DNA of 64,000 bases, from contig NW_027272820.1 of the NCBI RefSeq assembly GCF_040938485.1, positions 310,001 to 374,000 of the forward strand, given 5' to 3'. Below, piece after piece: positions 63,721 to 64,000 of this stretch. A model generated the notes under the pieces. It was not told where the DNA came from and searched no databases. It was given only the letters and a program-made list of their open reading frames with translations. Every line of letters begins with the position of its first letter. Position 1 is the first letter of the stretch. The stretch is from Diadema antillarum (taxonomy: Eukaryota). Position numbers and translations under genes: made by a program.

Positions 63721-64000
63721 CTAGAATAAGAATCATTAATTTATGGTGTCAGTTGTGAACATTGGAGGAGAGTGCCTTCAAACTTCAAGCTTCTAATCAA
63801 GCTCATTTACATTATGAAAAAAAAATCAAATACAGTTGACATCTCACTGTACACGTGGAAGCGTAACATATTCCTCACTGGTATTTTTCCGCCGTTGACA
63901 TTGGTAGATCTCTATTTTTCTATCTCCCTCACGAGGGATCTATTCTATACAAGAGACCCAGTGGATTTTGTACTCTGAGTATCACAAGTTCACCTTCCAC

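Overview
AT-rich, repeat-dense eukaryotic DNA. The repeat families and poly-G MITEs suggest an echinoderm such as a sea urchin (inference). No rRNA, tRNA gene or CRISPR array was found. The centre is a nested transposon cluster. An 11.5-kb ISL2EU-type (PIF/Harbinger-related) DNA transposon at 28127-39664 has an AT TSD and imperfect 15-bp TIRs. It carries an intact THAP-DDE transposase on + and a convergent three-exon SAP-like/SWIM/YqaJ exonuclease gene on -. It sits in one unit of a short array of GGTRGGG-N4-ATTCACGAGTAT motifs, and an empty copy of the target lies 66 bp from its right end. About 280 bp further is a very young, intact CsRn1-type Ty3/Gypsy retrotransposon at 39945-46365 (minus strand). 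It has LTRs that appear identical, a tRNA-Trp PBS, a CHCC Gag motif and a -1 slippery site. One LTR end lacks its terminal CA, and the element is flanked by a perfect 241-bp direct duplication rather than a 4-6-bp TSD. The rest of the window holds Helentron-like (HINE) repeats, many MITEs (piggyBac, Kolobok, Tc1/pogo, CACTA, hAT and MULE types), a 749-bp foldback, a 4.5-kb piggyBac-type element with ~1-kb TIRs, a 205-bp hairpin with a hammerhead-like core, and L2 and SINE remnants. There is also a decayed multi-exon gene of unknown family at ~19.8-24.8 kb and the transmembrane exon of a host gene near the right edge. Coordinates were read by eye and family names come from motif recognition, not database searches.
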